A stretch of 42,776 nt of DNA from an uncultured Desulfobacteraceae bacterium (GTDB lineage Bacteria; Desulfobacterota; Desulfobacteria; Desulfobacterales; UBA5852): positions 1,720 through 44,495 of the forward strand of contig CAYMAR010000003.1 in assembly GCA_964388465.1 (NCBI GenBank). The letters run 5' to 3'. Under the pieces are notes generated by a model. It was not told where the DNA came from and ran no database searches. It was given only the letters and a program-made list of their open reading frames with translations. Positions 7,939-16,973 of this stretch are shown here, in pieces. The translations under genes and the position numbers were made by a program. Every line of letters starts with the position of its first letter. Position 1 is the first letter of the stretch.

Positions 7939-9513
7939 CTAAACCACGGTTGGCCCCTTGTCGTGCCGGAAATCAGGGTCCTTGGCGGCCTGGCGTTCTT
8001 GCATGACGGCCCGGGGCAGAAAATCCAGGATCCGCCCGGCGGTGACACCGTCGGCCCCCAACGATGCGGCGGCCAGCTCGCCGGCCCGCCCGTGCACGAA
8101 AACGCCTTTGCACACGGCATCCTCGAGTGCAAGACCCAGGCCGTGCATGGCCGCGATGGTCCCGGTGAGGACGTCGCCGGCGCCGGCCGTGGCCATGGCG
8201 TCGCAGCCGCTGCGGTTGATGAAGACCCGGCCGTCCGGCAAGCCGATCATCGAAGCCGCCCCCTTCAGGACGATGATGGCCGGTAACCGATGGGCCGCCG
8301 CCCGCAGGTGGCGGACCGGGTCGCCAAGGAGGGTGTCGACGGACGCACCCGTGAGCCGGGACATCTCCCCCAAATGGGGCGTCAGGATCGTCAGGGCCCG
8401 GCGCTTGGTCAGGATCTCTGGCGAGCGGCTCAGCATGGTCAGGGCGTCGCCGTCCAGGAGCAGGGGCACGTCCGCCGATTCGGCGAGCTCGCCGACCAGG
8501 CGGACGGTTTCCTCATCGAGCGAAAGGCCGGGGCCCATAACCAGCATGTCCACCTGTCGCGTGCGTTCCAGCAGGTCTGCCTTGTTGCTGTAAGCCAGAC
8601 TGCCTGCAGGGGTTTCGGCCTGGGGATGGAAAACGATTTCACTTCCCTGGGCGGCGATCACGGGGACGACCGAGGCCGGTGCGGCCAGCCGGGAATATCC
8701 CCCGCCGGCCCTGAGGAAGGCCATGGCGGCCAGGTAGGGGGCGCCGTAATAGCCGGCCGCTCCGGCGACGAAGAGCACATCGCCGAAAGTGCCCTTGTGT
8801 CCTGCGGGATCGCGGGCCGGCAAGGGCGGGGGGTGATTGACGGCGATGGCTAGCTCCGGCGCTCGGGTCAGCGCCGGCGGAAAGGAGATACGGGTGACGT
8901 AGCACGCGCCACCGTGATCGGCGCCGGGATAGAGCAGGTTGCCGACCTTGGGCAGACCGAAGGTTACGGTGGCGTCCGCCTGAACCGCCACGCCCATGAC
9001 CTGCCCCGAGTCACCGTTGATGCCCGAGGGGATGTCCAGGCTCAGCACCGGTTTGCCGGCCGCGTTGATCGCGGCGATCACCTCGGCGTAGTGCCCGCGC
9101 ACGGGTTTGGACAGCCCGGTGCCGAAAATGCCGTCGACGATCCGATCGGCCGATGCGATCAACGCCCGGGTCTGGGCCAGATCCTTAAATTGCACCACCT
9201 CGGCCTCGAGACGGGCGAGCATCTCGAAATTGGAAAGGGCCGCCCCGCGGTAGCGGGACGGGTCGCCCAGCAGCAGAACGACCGGATGCCCGCCGTCGGA
9301 GAGAATCTTGCGCGCGACCACGAAGCCGTCCCCGCCGTTGTTGCCGGCGCCGCAGCAAACCAGCGTCCGCCCCTGGGGCGGGCCCCAGCGGTCGATGAGC
9401 ACGCGGTAGGCCGCCAGCCCGGCATTCTCCATGAGAACAAGCTCCGGTATGCCGTAGTGGTCGATGGCGCGCTTGTCCATGGCGCGCATTTGCTGAACCG
9501 TGCAGACTTTCAT
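7939..9513 (-). CDS. nnr: Bifunctional NAD(P)H-hydrate repair enzyme (epimerase / ADP-dependent dehydratase)
   Basis: N-terminal YjeF_N region (MKVCTVQQMRAMDKRAI...CGAGNNGGDG) and a C-terminal carbohydrate-kinase-like region (GTFGDVLFVAGA...GAGDVLTG). Start trimmed to the ATG at 9513. Confidence 0.9.
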   Translation of the reverse strand: MKVCTVQQMRAMDKRAIDHYGIPELVLMENAGLAAYRVLIDRWGPPQGRTLVCCGAGNNGGDGFVVARKILSDGGHPVVLLLGDPSRYRGAALSNFEMLARLEAEVVQFKDLAQTRALIASADRIVDGIFGTGLSKPVRGHYAEVIAAINAAGKPVLSLDIPSGINGDSGQVMGVAVQADATVTFGLPKVGNLLYPGADHGGACYVTRISFPPALTRAPELAIAVNHPPPLPARDPAGHKGTFGDVLFVAGAAGYYGAPYLAAMAFLRAGGGYSRLAAPASVVPVIAAQGSEIVFHPQAETPAGSLAYSNKADLLERTRQVDMLVMGPGLSLDEETVRLVGELAESADVPLLLDGDALTMLSRSPEILTKRRALTILTPHLGEMSRLTGASVDTLLGDPVRHLRAAAHRLPAIIVLKGAASMIGLPDGRVFINRSGCDAMATAGAGDVLTGTIAAMHGLGLALEDAVCKGVFVHGRAGELAAASLGADGVTAGRILDFLPRAVMQERQAAKDPDFRHDKGPTVV

Positions 9514-9652
9514 TTTCCCGCTCCGCTGCTGATGATGGTTTTCGGGGCCGGCGAGGGCTGATCTACGACGGGGCCGACGGTTGCAGGGCTTTGATTCCAC
9601 CTACCAGAGAACCGGAACCGGGATCAAGCGTGAAGGCTTAACCCGCCCCGAC

Positions 9653-9680
9653 TTGACAAACAAGGCCCCCTCGGATATTC
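9653..9680 (+). promoter_or_regulatory. Putative sigma70 promoter about 280 nt upstream of iorA
   Basis: Perfect -35 TTGACA (9653-9658). GATATT/ATATTC -10 candidates follow at 15-16 nt spacing (9674-9680). Confidence 0.4.
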
Positions 9681-9962
9681 GACAACGATTTATGAGGAGC
9701 TAAAGAGTGATGGACGCTCATCTTTGTGCACCGGTGGGGACCCATTGACCCAGGCCGCCTTGGGCCTTACATCCGCGGGCACCGCCGGTGGGGTCGGTGC
9801 CCGAGCGGCCCGACCGGTGAAGATCATGACTTGCGTCATTTTCGCTGGAGCTTCCCGAAGGCTTCGGCGTTTGCTTTTCTGAGGGTCGGCGCACCGCGCG
9901 AACAAACGATTTTGCCGGCAGGCGGCGGGGGCGCCGAATCGATTCATTGAGGGGATGGACAT

Positions 9963-11777
9963 TTGGTGGAACGCGAACTGCTGCTGGGGAACGAGGCCAT
10001 CGCCCGCGGTCTGGTCGAAAACGGCTGTGCCATGGCAACGTCCTACCCCGGGACACCGGCATCGGAGATCCTGGCCGCGGTGGCGCATTTTCAGAAGATT
10101 CACCGGCTGAAAATGCACACGCAGTGGGCCGTGAACGAAAAGGTGGCCCTGGAGATCGCCTACGCCGGTGCCCAGGCCGGCCTGCGCACGGCCGTGTCCA
10201 TGAAACAGGTCGGGTTGAACGTGGCTTCGGACCCGCTCATGAGCGCGGCCTACATGGGGACCCGTGGCGGTTTCGTGGTGATCAGCGCCGACGACCCCGG
10301 ACCCCACTCTTCACAGACCGAGCAGGACAGCCGGCTGATGGCCATGATGGCCAAGATGCCGGTGCTCGATCCCGATTCGCCGCGTCAGGCCCGCGACATG
10401 ATCGCGCTGGCCTTCGATCTATCCGAGACGCATGCCATTCCCGTCATGCTGCGCCCCACGACCCGCGTCTGCCATGCCCGTCAGGATGTCGATCTGCGAG
10501 CGCCGGCCGTTCTGGATCGTCCGGCCGCTTTCGAAAAGGACCCGGCCCGCTGGGCGGCCACACCCAAATTCCGGCAGCAGCTCCACCGCGAACTCGAAGT
10601 CAAGCTGGCTGCCATCGCCCAATTCGAAGCCACGGCACCGCAGCGGCTGAACCCCGAAGCCGAGGGGAACCGGGCGGTGGTCGTCTCCGGGGTGGCCTGC
10701 GCCCACGTTCGCGAGATCGTTCAATCCATGGGATTATGGACGAAACTGCCGCTTTATCAGGTTCTGCAGCCCTACCCCTTGCACCAGGCCTTTGTCACCC
10801 AGCTGCGCGAGGACTATACGGACGTGCTGGTGATCGAAGAAACCACCGGTGTCATGGAAATGCAGATGGCCGACCGCGATCGCGTGCGGGGAAAGCTCGC
10901 GGGGCATGTCCCCGCAGTGGGCGAGCTGACCCCCGAGGTGATTGCGCAGGTGCTCGAGCGCTTCACGGGACGTCCCGTGAATGACGTCGTGTCACCCGCG
11001 GCGCCGGGCCGGCGGCCCACCCTGTGCGCCGGCTGCCCCCACCGGGCCAGTTTTTTCGCCATCAAGCAAGCGGCGCGCAAAGCCATCTACACCAGCGATA
11101 TCGGCTGCTACACGCTCGGGCTGAACCTGGGCGCGGTGGACACGGTGCTTTGCATGGGGGCCGCCATCAGCCAGGCGGCCGGCTTTTATCATGCCTACAA
11201 GCACGCGCCCGAACGCCCGGATATCGTCGCCACCATCGGGGACTCCACCTTTTTCCATGCCGGGCTGCCGGCCCTCGTGGATGCCGTCAACCAGGATGTG
11301 CGCTTCGTGCTCGTCATCCTGGACAACCGCACCACGGCCATGACCGGCAACCAGCCCACGCCGGCCAGCGGCCTGGGTGCCGGCGGTGAAATCCTGCCGG
11401 CGGTGGACATCGAAGCCGCGGTGCGGGGTTGCGGGATCGACGCCGTGCGCATCGCCAATCCCTACCACACGGATGAACTGATTGCGGTGCTGAAGGCGGC
11501 CGTGACCCACAGCCGGGAAACCGGGCCCGCCGTGGTGATTTCGCGTTATCCCTGTGTGCTCGACAAGCGTCAGGCCGGCGCACGCGCCCAAGGGGCGGTC
11601 CCGACCATCACGGATGACTGCGACGGCTGCGAATATTGCGTCCAGCAGTTCGAATGTCCGGCCATCGTTTTGGATGAAATCGAATCCCGGGCGCGGATCG
11701 ATGATGTGCTCTGCAGCGGCTGCGGGGTCTGTCTGCATGTTTGCCCGAAACAGTCGATTCAACTGCCGCCGACATGA
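9963..11777 (+). CDS. iorA: Indolepyruvate:ferredoxin oxidoreductase subunit alpha
   Basis: 604 aa. Contains LLLGNEAIARG, a TPP-binding region GDSTFFHAG...LDN, and a C-terminal 2x[4Fe-4S] region CDGCEYCVQQFECP / CSGCGVCLHVCP. The TTG at 9963 or GTG at 9966 is preceded by GAGGGG. Confidence 0.9.
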   Translation: MVERELLLGNEAIARGLVENGCAMATSYPGTPASEILAAVAHFQKIHRLKMHTQWAVNEKVALEIAYAGAQAGLRTAVSMKQVGLNVASDPLMSAAYMGTRGGFVVISADDPGPHSSQTEQDSRLMAMMAKMPVLDPDSPRQARDMIALAFDLSETHAIPVMLRPTTRVCHARQDVDLRAPAVLDRPAAFEKDPARWAATPKFRQQLHRELEVKLAAIAQFEATAPQRLNPEAEGNRAVVVSGVACAHVREIVQSMGLWTKLPLYQVLQPYPLHQAFVTQLREDYTDVLVIEETTGVMEMQMADRDRVRGKLAGHVPAVGELTPEVIAQVLERFTGRPVNDVVSPAAPGRRPTLCAGCPHRASFFAIKQAARKAIYTSDIGCYTLGLNLGAVDTVLCMGAAISQAAGFYHAYKHAPERPDIVATIGDSTFFHAGLPALVDAVNQDVRFVLVILDNRTTAMTGNQPTPASGLGAGGEILPAVDIEAAVRGCGIDAVRIANPYHTDELIAVLKAAVTHSRETGPAVVISRYPCVLDKRQAGARAQGAVPTITDDCDGCEYCVQQFECPAIVLDEIESRARIDDVLCSGCGVCLHVCPKQSIQLPPT

Positions 11778-11802
11778 ATAGCGGCAAACCCTGGAGCGTC
11801 CG

Positions 11803-12357
11803 ATGAGCCCGAGCGTTGGACAGCAAATCGTCATCAGCGGCGTGGGCGGACAGGGGGTCTTGTTCGTCACCCGTCTGCTCGCGGAAGCGGCCATTGGCCG
11901 CGGGCTTTCGGTATTGACTTCCGAAACCCACGGCATGGCCCAGCGGGGAGGCTCGGTGGTTTCCCACCTCAAGGTGGGCGCTTTTTCCAGCCCGCTGATC
12001 CGCAGCGGCTGTGCCGATGGCCTGCTGGGCCTCAAGACCGAAAGCCTCGCGCTGCACGGCCACTTCATTCACACCGACGGCTGGCGGGTCGTCAACAGCG
12101 CGGGCACGCCCGACGGCGTCGACCCCGTGGATGCGGACGCGGTGGCCGCTCGAATCGGCAGCCCCCGGGCTGTCAACCTGGTGGTGCTGGGCTTTGCGTT
12201 GGCCCGCCTCGGCGACGGCGCATCGGCGGGCAACGGTCTTTTCTGCAACCGTGACGACATCGCCCGGGTGCTTGAGAACCGGCTGGCGGAGCGCCCTGAG
12301 CTGCTGGTCGCTTCGCGGCGCGCACTTGACGCCGGCATCGCGGTCGGTGCCGGCTGA
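11803..12357 (+). CDS. iorB: Indolepyruvate oxidoreductase subunit beta
   Basis: 184 aa. Contains QIVISGVGGQGVL...ETHGMAQRGGSVVSHLK, typical of the 2-oxoacid:Fd oxidoreductase gamma-like subunit. It lies directly after iorA. Confidence 0.88.
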   Translation: MSPSVGQQIVISGVGGQGVLFVTRLLAEAAIGRGLSVLTSETHGMAQRGGSVVSHLKVGAFSSPLIRSGCADGLLGLKTESLALHGHFIHTDGWRVVNSAGTPDGVDPVDADAVAARIGSPRAVNLVVLGFALARLGDGASAGNGLFCNRDDIARVLENRLAERPELLVASRRALDAGIAVGAG

Positions 12358-12465
12358 CCCCGCGGCCGTCGGCACGAAAACCCCAACCGCCGGCTTGCGG
12401 CGGTCCATTGAACCCGACGGCGCTCCATGGAAGGAGGGCGGTCCTAAGCGGTGGAGGAATGGCAA

Positions 12466-13488
12466 ATGAAAAATAGAACGTTCGCATCCCTGACACTCGG
12501 CTTGATGGCGATCATGGCGGCGGTTCTGGTGCGGCCGGGAGCGGTGGCGGCCGAGACCATTTCCCTCAGCTACGCCAATTTTCCTCCGGCGCCGACCTTT
12601 CCCTGCGTGCAGATGGAGCGCTGGAAAACGGAAGTCGAAAAGCGCACCGGCGGCCAGGTCCAGATCAAGACCTATCCCGGGAGCACCTTGCTGGGTGCCA
12701 AGGAAATGATGGACGGTGTCATCGCCGGTCAGGCCGATATCGGCAACCTCTGCATGGCCTACCAGCCCGGTCGCTTCATCGTGACCAATGCCACGAGCCT
12801 GCCGCTGGGCATCCCCAACGCCCACGTGGGGAGCCTGGTTTTGTGGGACCTCTACCAGAAATACCAGCCCAAGGCGTTTTCTCAGGTCAAGGTGCTGACC
12901 ATGTTCACCACGGCACCGGCCAATATCATGTCCAAGAAGCCCGTCCGCAGCCTTGAGGATATCAAGGGGCTTGATCTGCGGGCCTCGGGCGGCGCCGCGC
13001 AGATTTTGAAGGCCTGGGGTGCCAACCAGGTCGGCATGCCCATGTCCGCCACGCCGGAAGCCCTTCAGAAGGGGGTGGTCCAGGGCCTGTTTTCTTCGCT
13101 CGAGGTCATGAAGGACCTTAAATTTGCGGAGACGTGCAAATACGTGACCATCACCGACACGGTCATTTATCCGTTTGCCGTTGTCATGAACATGGAGCGC
13201 TGGAAGGCCCTGCCTCCCGAAGTCCAGAAGGTGATGGACGATCTGGCCCGGGAGCAGGCCGAATGGACCGGCACCTACATGGACGGACACGTCCAGAAGG
13301 CGATGGACTGGTCGGTGGCGACCCACAAGGTGGAAGTCGTCAGTCTCGACGCCGCCGCCCGGACCGAATGGGACGGGCGTCTGCAGTTCATCACCGCAGA
13401 CTGGATCAAGGATGCCACGGCCAAGGGCTTCCCGGCTCAGGCCATCGTCGATGACATTAAAGAACTGACCCGGAAGCACACGCCGTAA
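12466..13488 (+). CDS. dctP: TRAP transporter substrate-binding protein (DctP family)
   Basis: Signal peptide MKNRTFASLTLGLMAIMAAVLV...AVAA. DctP-like length and composition, followed by DctQ/DctM genes. GGAGGA lies upstream of the ATG at 12466. Confidence 0.85.
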   Translation: MKNRTFASLTLGLMAIMAAVLVRPGAVAAETISLSYANFPPAPTFPCVQMERWKTEVEKRTGGQVQIKTYPGSTLLGAKEMMDGVIAGQADIGNLCMAYQPGRFIVTNATSLPLGIPNAHVGSLVLWDLYQKYQPKAFSQVKVLTMFTTAPANIMSKKPVRSLEDIKGLDLRASGGAAQILKAWGANQVGMPMSATPEALQKGVVQGLFSSLEVMKDLKFAETCKYVTITDTVIYPFAVVMNMERWKALPPEVQKVMDDLAREQAEWTGTYMDGHVQKAMDWSVATHKVEVVSLDAAARTEWDGRLQFITADWIKDATAKGFPAQAIVDDIKELTRKHTP

Positions 13489-13728
13489 CGGGGAAGAGAA
13501 GATTGTCAGCGGGCGAACCGGTGGCGCTCCCGCACCCGTTCGCCCGTGCTTTGGGCGGTACGCGATCCGTGAAGGTTTTCAGCGCCGACACCTCGCGCCC
13601 GCAAGCCGGCGATGCCGTCGGCGGCCTTACGCTCGTGCCGACCGTGAAGGCACGCGCGCCGATCGGTTCCGCGATTTGCCGGGGGTGCGCGGCCCGGTTG
13701 GCCAATCCGATACAAGGCAGGAAACCGC

Positions 13729-14226
13729 ATGTTGATGGGCCTGTTGGATCGCATGGAACGCTGTTTGATCAACCTGTCGGTCTTCTGCGGCGGCGCGGCC
13801 CTGGTGGGGATGATCGTCCTGACCGGTGCCAACATTCTCGTGCGTACCGTCGGGGATCCCATCCGGGGCACATTCGAATTCATGGGCTATGGCGGTGCCG
13901 TCGTTACCGCCCTCGCCCTGGGATACACCCAGAAGCGACGCGGCCATATCGCCGTGAATGTCCTTATCGACCGGTTTCCGCCGCGCGTGCAGAAAGCCCT
14001 CAACAGCGTGAACGACGCCGCTTGCGCCCTGTTTTTCATCGTGATTACCGGGCAGCTGATGCATAAAGCCAACGGTTTCGTCCGAACCGGAGAGGTGTCC
14101 GAGACGCTGCGCGTGATCTTTTACCCCTTCACCTACACCGTGGCGCTGGGCTGCGGGCTGATGGCCCTTGTTTTCGTTTTGGGGCTGATCCGTGACCTGC
14201 TGGTCGAACCCGGAGCGAGGCGATGA
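13729..14226 (+). CDS. dctQ: TRAP transporter small permease (DctQ family)
   Basis: 165 aa with four hydrophobic segments. Its stop overlaps the dctM start (ATGA at 14223). Confidence 0.85.
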   Translation: MLMGLLDRMERCLINLSVFCGGAALVGMIVLTGANILVRTVGDPIRGTFEFMGYGGAVVTALALGYTQKRRGHIAVNVLIDRFPPRVQKALNSVNDAACALFFIVITGQLMHKANGFVRTGEVSETLRVIFYPFTYTVALGCGLMALVFVLGLIRDLLVEPGARR

Positions 14227-15527
14227 GCCCCGTCGCCGTCGGCCTCGTGGGCATCGGCCTGCTCCTGGCCGTCTTATTCCTGCTGGGCATGCCCGTCGGG
14301 GTTGCCATGGCCATGGTCGGTTTTGCCGGCTTCTGCTATCTGGTGAGCTTCAAAGCCGGTCTGCACATGCTGGGTTCGGTGGTCTGGGACACCTTTTCCA
14401 AATACGGCTTAACGGTGATACCGCTTTTTATCTTCATGGGGCAGGTGGCGTTTTACTCCGGTGTCAACGAAAAACTTTACAGCGCCGCCTATCGCTGGGT
14501 CGGCCATATCCGTGGCGGCATCGCCATGGCCACCATCATCGCCTGCTCGGCCTTTTCCGCCATCTGCGGCTCCAATGCCGCCACCGCCGCCACGATGACC
14601 ACGGTGGCCCTGCCCCAGATGCGCAAATTCGACTACCACACCCGGCTGAGCACCGGGGCCATCGCCTGCGGGTCCACTCTGGGGGTCGTAATTCCGCCCA
14701 GCGTCGTGCTGATCGTCATCGGGCTTTCCACCGAGCAGTCCATTGCCCGCCTGTTCTACGGCGGTATCGGTGCGGGGGCGCTGCTGACGCTGCTGCTCAT
14801 GCTCTCCGTGGTCTGGGTCTGCCGGCGGCATCCCGATTGGGGACCGGTGGGGCCCCGGGTGAATTTCACCGAGCGGCTGGTGGCGCTGGGCGGTGCGCTG
14901 GAAATGGTGATCCTGTTTTTACTGGTCATGCTGGGGCTGTTTTTCGGGGTCTTCACCCCCACCGAAGCCGGTGCGGCCGGATCGCTCCTGGCCTTGGGCA
15001 TCGCCGTGGTTCAGCGGCGTCTTTCCTGGAAGGGATTCTTCGCCGCGATCACCGATACGCTTCGGATTTCCTGTATGGTCATCGTCATCGTCACCGGGGC
15101 CTTGATCTTCGGGCGTTTCCTGGCGGTCACCCGCATTCCGTTCGATATTGCGGCCTGGGTGGTGGACCTGGCGATCCCGCGCGCGGGTGTCATGGCGATC
15201 ATTTTCCTGATTTACATTGTCGGCGGCGCGGTGATGGACGCCCTGGCGCTCTTGCTGATCACCATTCCCATTTTCTTCCCGGTGGCCATCGAACTGGGTT
15301 ACGATCCGGTCTGGTTCGGGGTCACGATCACGGTGGTAACCACCCTGGGGGCGGTCACGCCGCCGGTGGGCGCGACGACATACGTGGTCGGCGGCATGGC
15401 CGGAGATGTCCCGCTGGAGGATGTCTTTCGTGGTGTGGCCTATTTTCTTCCGGCCTATCTCATGTGCATCGTTCTGCTGATGCTTCTTCCGGATCTCGTC
15501 ACGTTCCTGCCGGATCTCATGCGCTGA
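14223..15527 (+). CDS. dctM: TRAP transporter large permease (DctM family)
   Basis: 434 aa polytopic membrane protein. DctM-like segments GIAMATIIACSAFSAICGS and VIPPS. Translationally coupled to dctQ. Confidence 0.9.
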   Translation: MSPVAVGLVGIGLLLAVLFLLGMPVGVAMAMVGFAGFCYLVSFKAGLHMLGSVVWDTFSKYGLTVIPLFIFMGQVAFYSGVNEKLYSAAYRWVGHIRGGIAMATIIACSAFSAICGSNAATAATMTTVALPQMRKFDYHTRLSTGAIACGSTLGVVIPPSVVLIVIGLSTEQSIARLFYGGIGAGALLTLLLMLSVVWVCRRHPDWGPVGPRVNFTERLVALGGALEMVILFLLVMLGLFFGVFTPTEAGAAGSLLALGIAVVQRRLSWKGFFAAITDTLRISCMVIVIVTGALIFGRFLAVTRIPFDIAAWVVDLAIPRAGVMAIIFLIYIVGGAVMDALALLLITIPIFFPVAIELGYDPVWFGVTITVVTTLGAVTPPVGATTYVVGGMAGDVPLEDVFRGVAYFLPAYLMCIVLLMLLPDLVTFLPDLMR

Positions 15528-15673
15528 ATTCCGGGGGCAGCGGGGGACGCCACGTCGTCATGGACGGGGGGGATGGATGGCGTGTCCGACGGTCCGCGGA
15601 CGATCTGGCGCTCAAAGCGGCTAGCGGAAAAACCGAACAAAAAAGACTTGATCTGGAAGCATCGTCTTGATAA

Positions 15674-15689
15674 TGGCAGCTGTAATGCC
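15674..15689 (+). promoter_or_regulatory. Sigma54-like -24/-12 element with no downstream ORF
   Basis: TGGCAG-CTGTA-ATGCC compared with the consensus TGGCAC-N5-TTGCW. The invariant GG and GC are at the correct 10-nt register. It faces the terminator at 15777-15847. Confidence 0.35.
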
Positions 15690-15769
15690 TGGGCCAAGTT
15701 GCGTTGACGTGCGGCGATGGATCGAAATGACGATGCGGCGTGGAACCTGATTTGACGGCTGCAGGTATT

Positions 15770-15848
15770 AAAAAAAGCCCGGACCGTATTTTGTTGCGTG
15801 AGTAAATGGTAGCCTCCCACGAATGCGGTTCGGGCAATTTTTATTTTA
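15770..15848. terminator. Bidirectional Rho-independent terminator between dctM (+) and moaA (-)
   Basis: A7 run (15770-15776), then a 14-bp stem GCCCGGACCGTATT / GAATGCGGTTCGGGC-type (15777-15790 / 15821-15835, two G-U pairs). This is followed by AATTTTTATTTT (15836-15847). The ~30-nt loop is large. Confidence 0.6.
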
Positions 15849-15934
15849 TAAAATAAGCCTCCCTGCATCGATTGCAAGCCCGGCTGCGTTCGTCCGGGCC
15901 GGCACCGCGCCACGCACGCGGCTGCTCCCGCCGT

Positions 15935-16927
15935 TTATCCCCCGATCGTATTCATCTGGGCATTCACCGACCGGCCGTTGGCGGCACCCAACCGATGGCT
16001 TGAAGGCTTGGCCCGGGCTGCCCGGGCAAACAACTCGGCCAGGGTCTCATCTTTGGCCCCGCGGCGCATCGGGGTTTTGATATCCAGCTCGCGGTCCGCA
16101 AGCAGGCAGGGGCGCAGGTGACCGCTGGCGGTCAGGCGAAGCCGATTGCATGCCCCGCAGAAGTGGCGGGTCCGCGGGCTGATGAAACCGATCTCGCCGA
16201 CGGCACCTGCCAGGCGAAAGCGTTCGGCCGGCCCGTCCGTGGCCTCCCGCACCACGGGTTCCAGTCTTCCCAGGGATGCGATTCGGCGGCGGACGTCTTC
16301 GTTGGAGATAAAGGGGTCATCCCGCAGATGGGGATTGCCCATCGGCATGTACTCGATAAAGCGGACGTGAAAAGGCCGCTCGCGGGTAAGCGCGGCGATC
16401 GCTTCGAACTCGTCGTCGTTGATCCCCCGCATGGCGACCACATTGATTTTCAGCGGCGCAAATCCCAGTTCGTCGGCCCGGCGGATGTTGGCCCAGACCT
16501 GATCGAAAAAATCGTGCCCCGCCAGGCGGGCAAAGCGCTCCCGACGAAGGGTGTCCAGGCTGATGTTGAGGCGGCGGATGCCGGCCGCGAGCAGCGCCTC
16601 CAGATAGGGGCCCACGAGGACCGCATTGGTCGTCAGGTTGACTTCGCGGATGCCGTCGACTTTTTTGAGTTCGTGCAAGAATCCCATCAGGCCCTTACGC
16701 ACCAAGGGTTCGCCGCCGGTAATGCGAATTTTGTCGATTCCCAGAGACACCCCGACGCGTACAATCCGCAGAATCTCCTCGTAGCGCAGGATGTCGGCAT
16801 GGTCGAGCCGAGGGAGGGTTTCGCGGGGCACGCAGTAAATACAGCGCAAATTGCAGCGGTCGGTCACGGAGATGCGCAGGTAGTTTAGTCTGCGGCAATG
16901 GCGGTCTTCAAGCGGTTTGGCAGTCAC
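15935..16927 (-). CDS. moaA: GTP 3',8-cyclase (molybdenum cofactor biosynthesis protein A)
   Basis: 330 aa. Radical-SAM motif LRISVTDRCNLRCIYC and a C-terminal second cluster motif CGACNRLRLTASG. GTG start at 16927. Confidence 0.93.
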   Translation of the reverse strand: MTAKPLEDRHCRRLNYLRISVTDRCNLRCIYCVPRETLPRLDHADILRYEEILRIVRVGVSLGIDKIRITGGEPLVRKGLMGFLHELKKVDGIREVNLTTNAVLVGPYLEALLAAGIRRLNISLDTLRRERFARLAGHDFFDQVWANIRRADELGFAPLKINVVAMRGINDDEFEAIAALTRERPFHVRFIEYMPMGNPHLRDDPFISNEDVRRRIASLGRLEPVVREATDGPAERFRLAGAVGEIGFISPRTRHFCGACNRLRLTASGHLRPCLLADRELDIKTPMRRGAKDETLAELFARAARAKPSSHRLGAANGRSVNAQMNTIGG

Positions 16928-16973
16928 GTTACAGCGGTCCTCACGGGGCGTTCATCACCATTGTTTTACTAAG

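Noticed and set aside
10992-13479. Minus-strand ORFs of 358 aa (10992-12068) and 623 aa (11608-13479) antisense to iorA/iorB/dctP
   Set aside because: These are shadow frames. The + strand products have TPP/Fe-S motifs and a signal-peptide-bearing DctP homologue.
14192-15670. 492-aa + strand ORF in an alternative frame over dctM
   Set aside because: It is an off-frame R/G/H/P-rich translation. The 14223 frame gives a canonical polytopic DctM.
16928-16973. Possible Moco riboswitch upstream of moaA
   Set aside because: Only 46 nt separate moaA from the upstream gpgS-like gene, which is too short for the ~130-nt Moco RNA motif.
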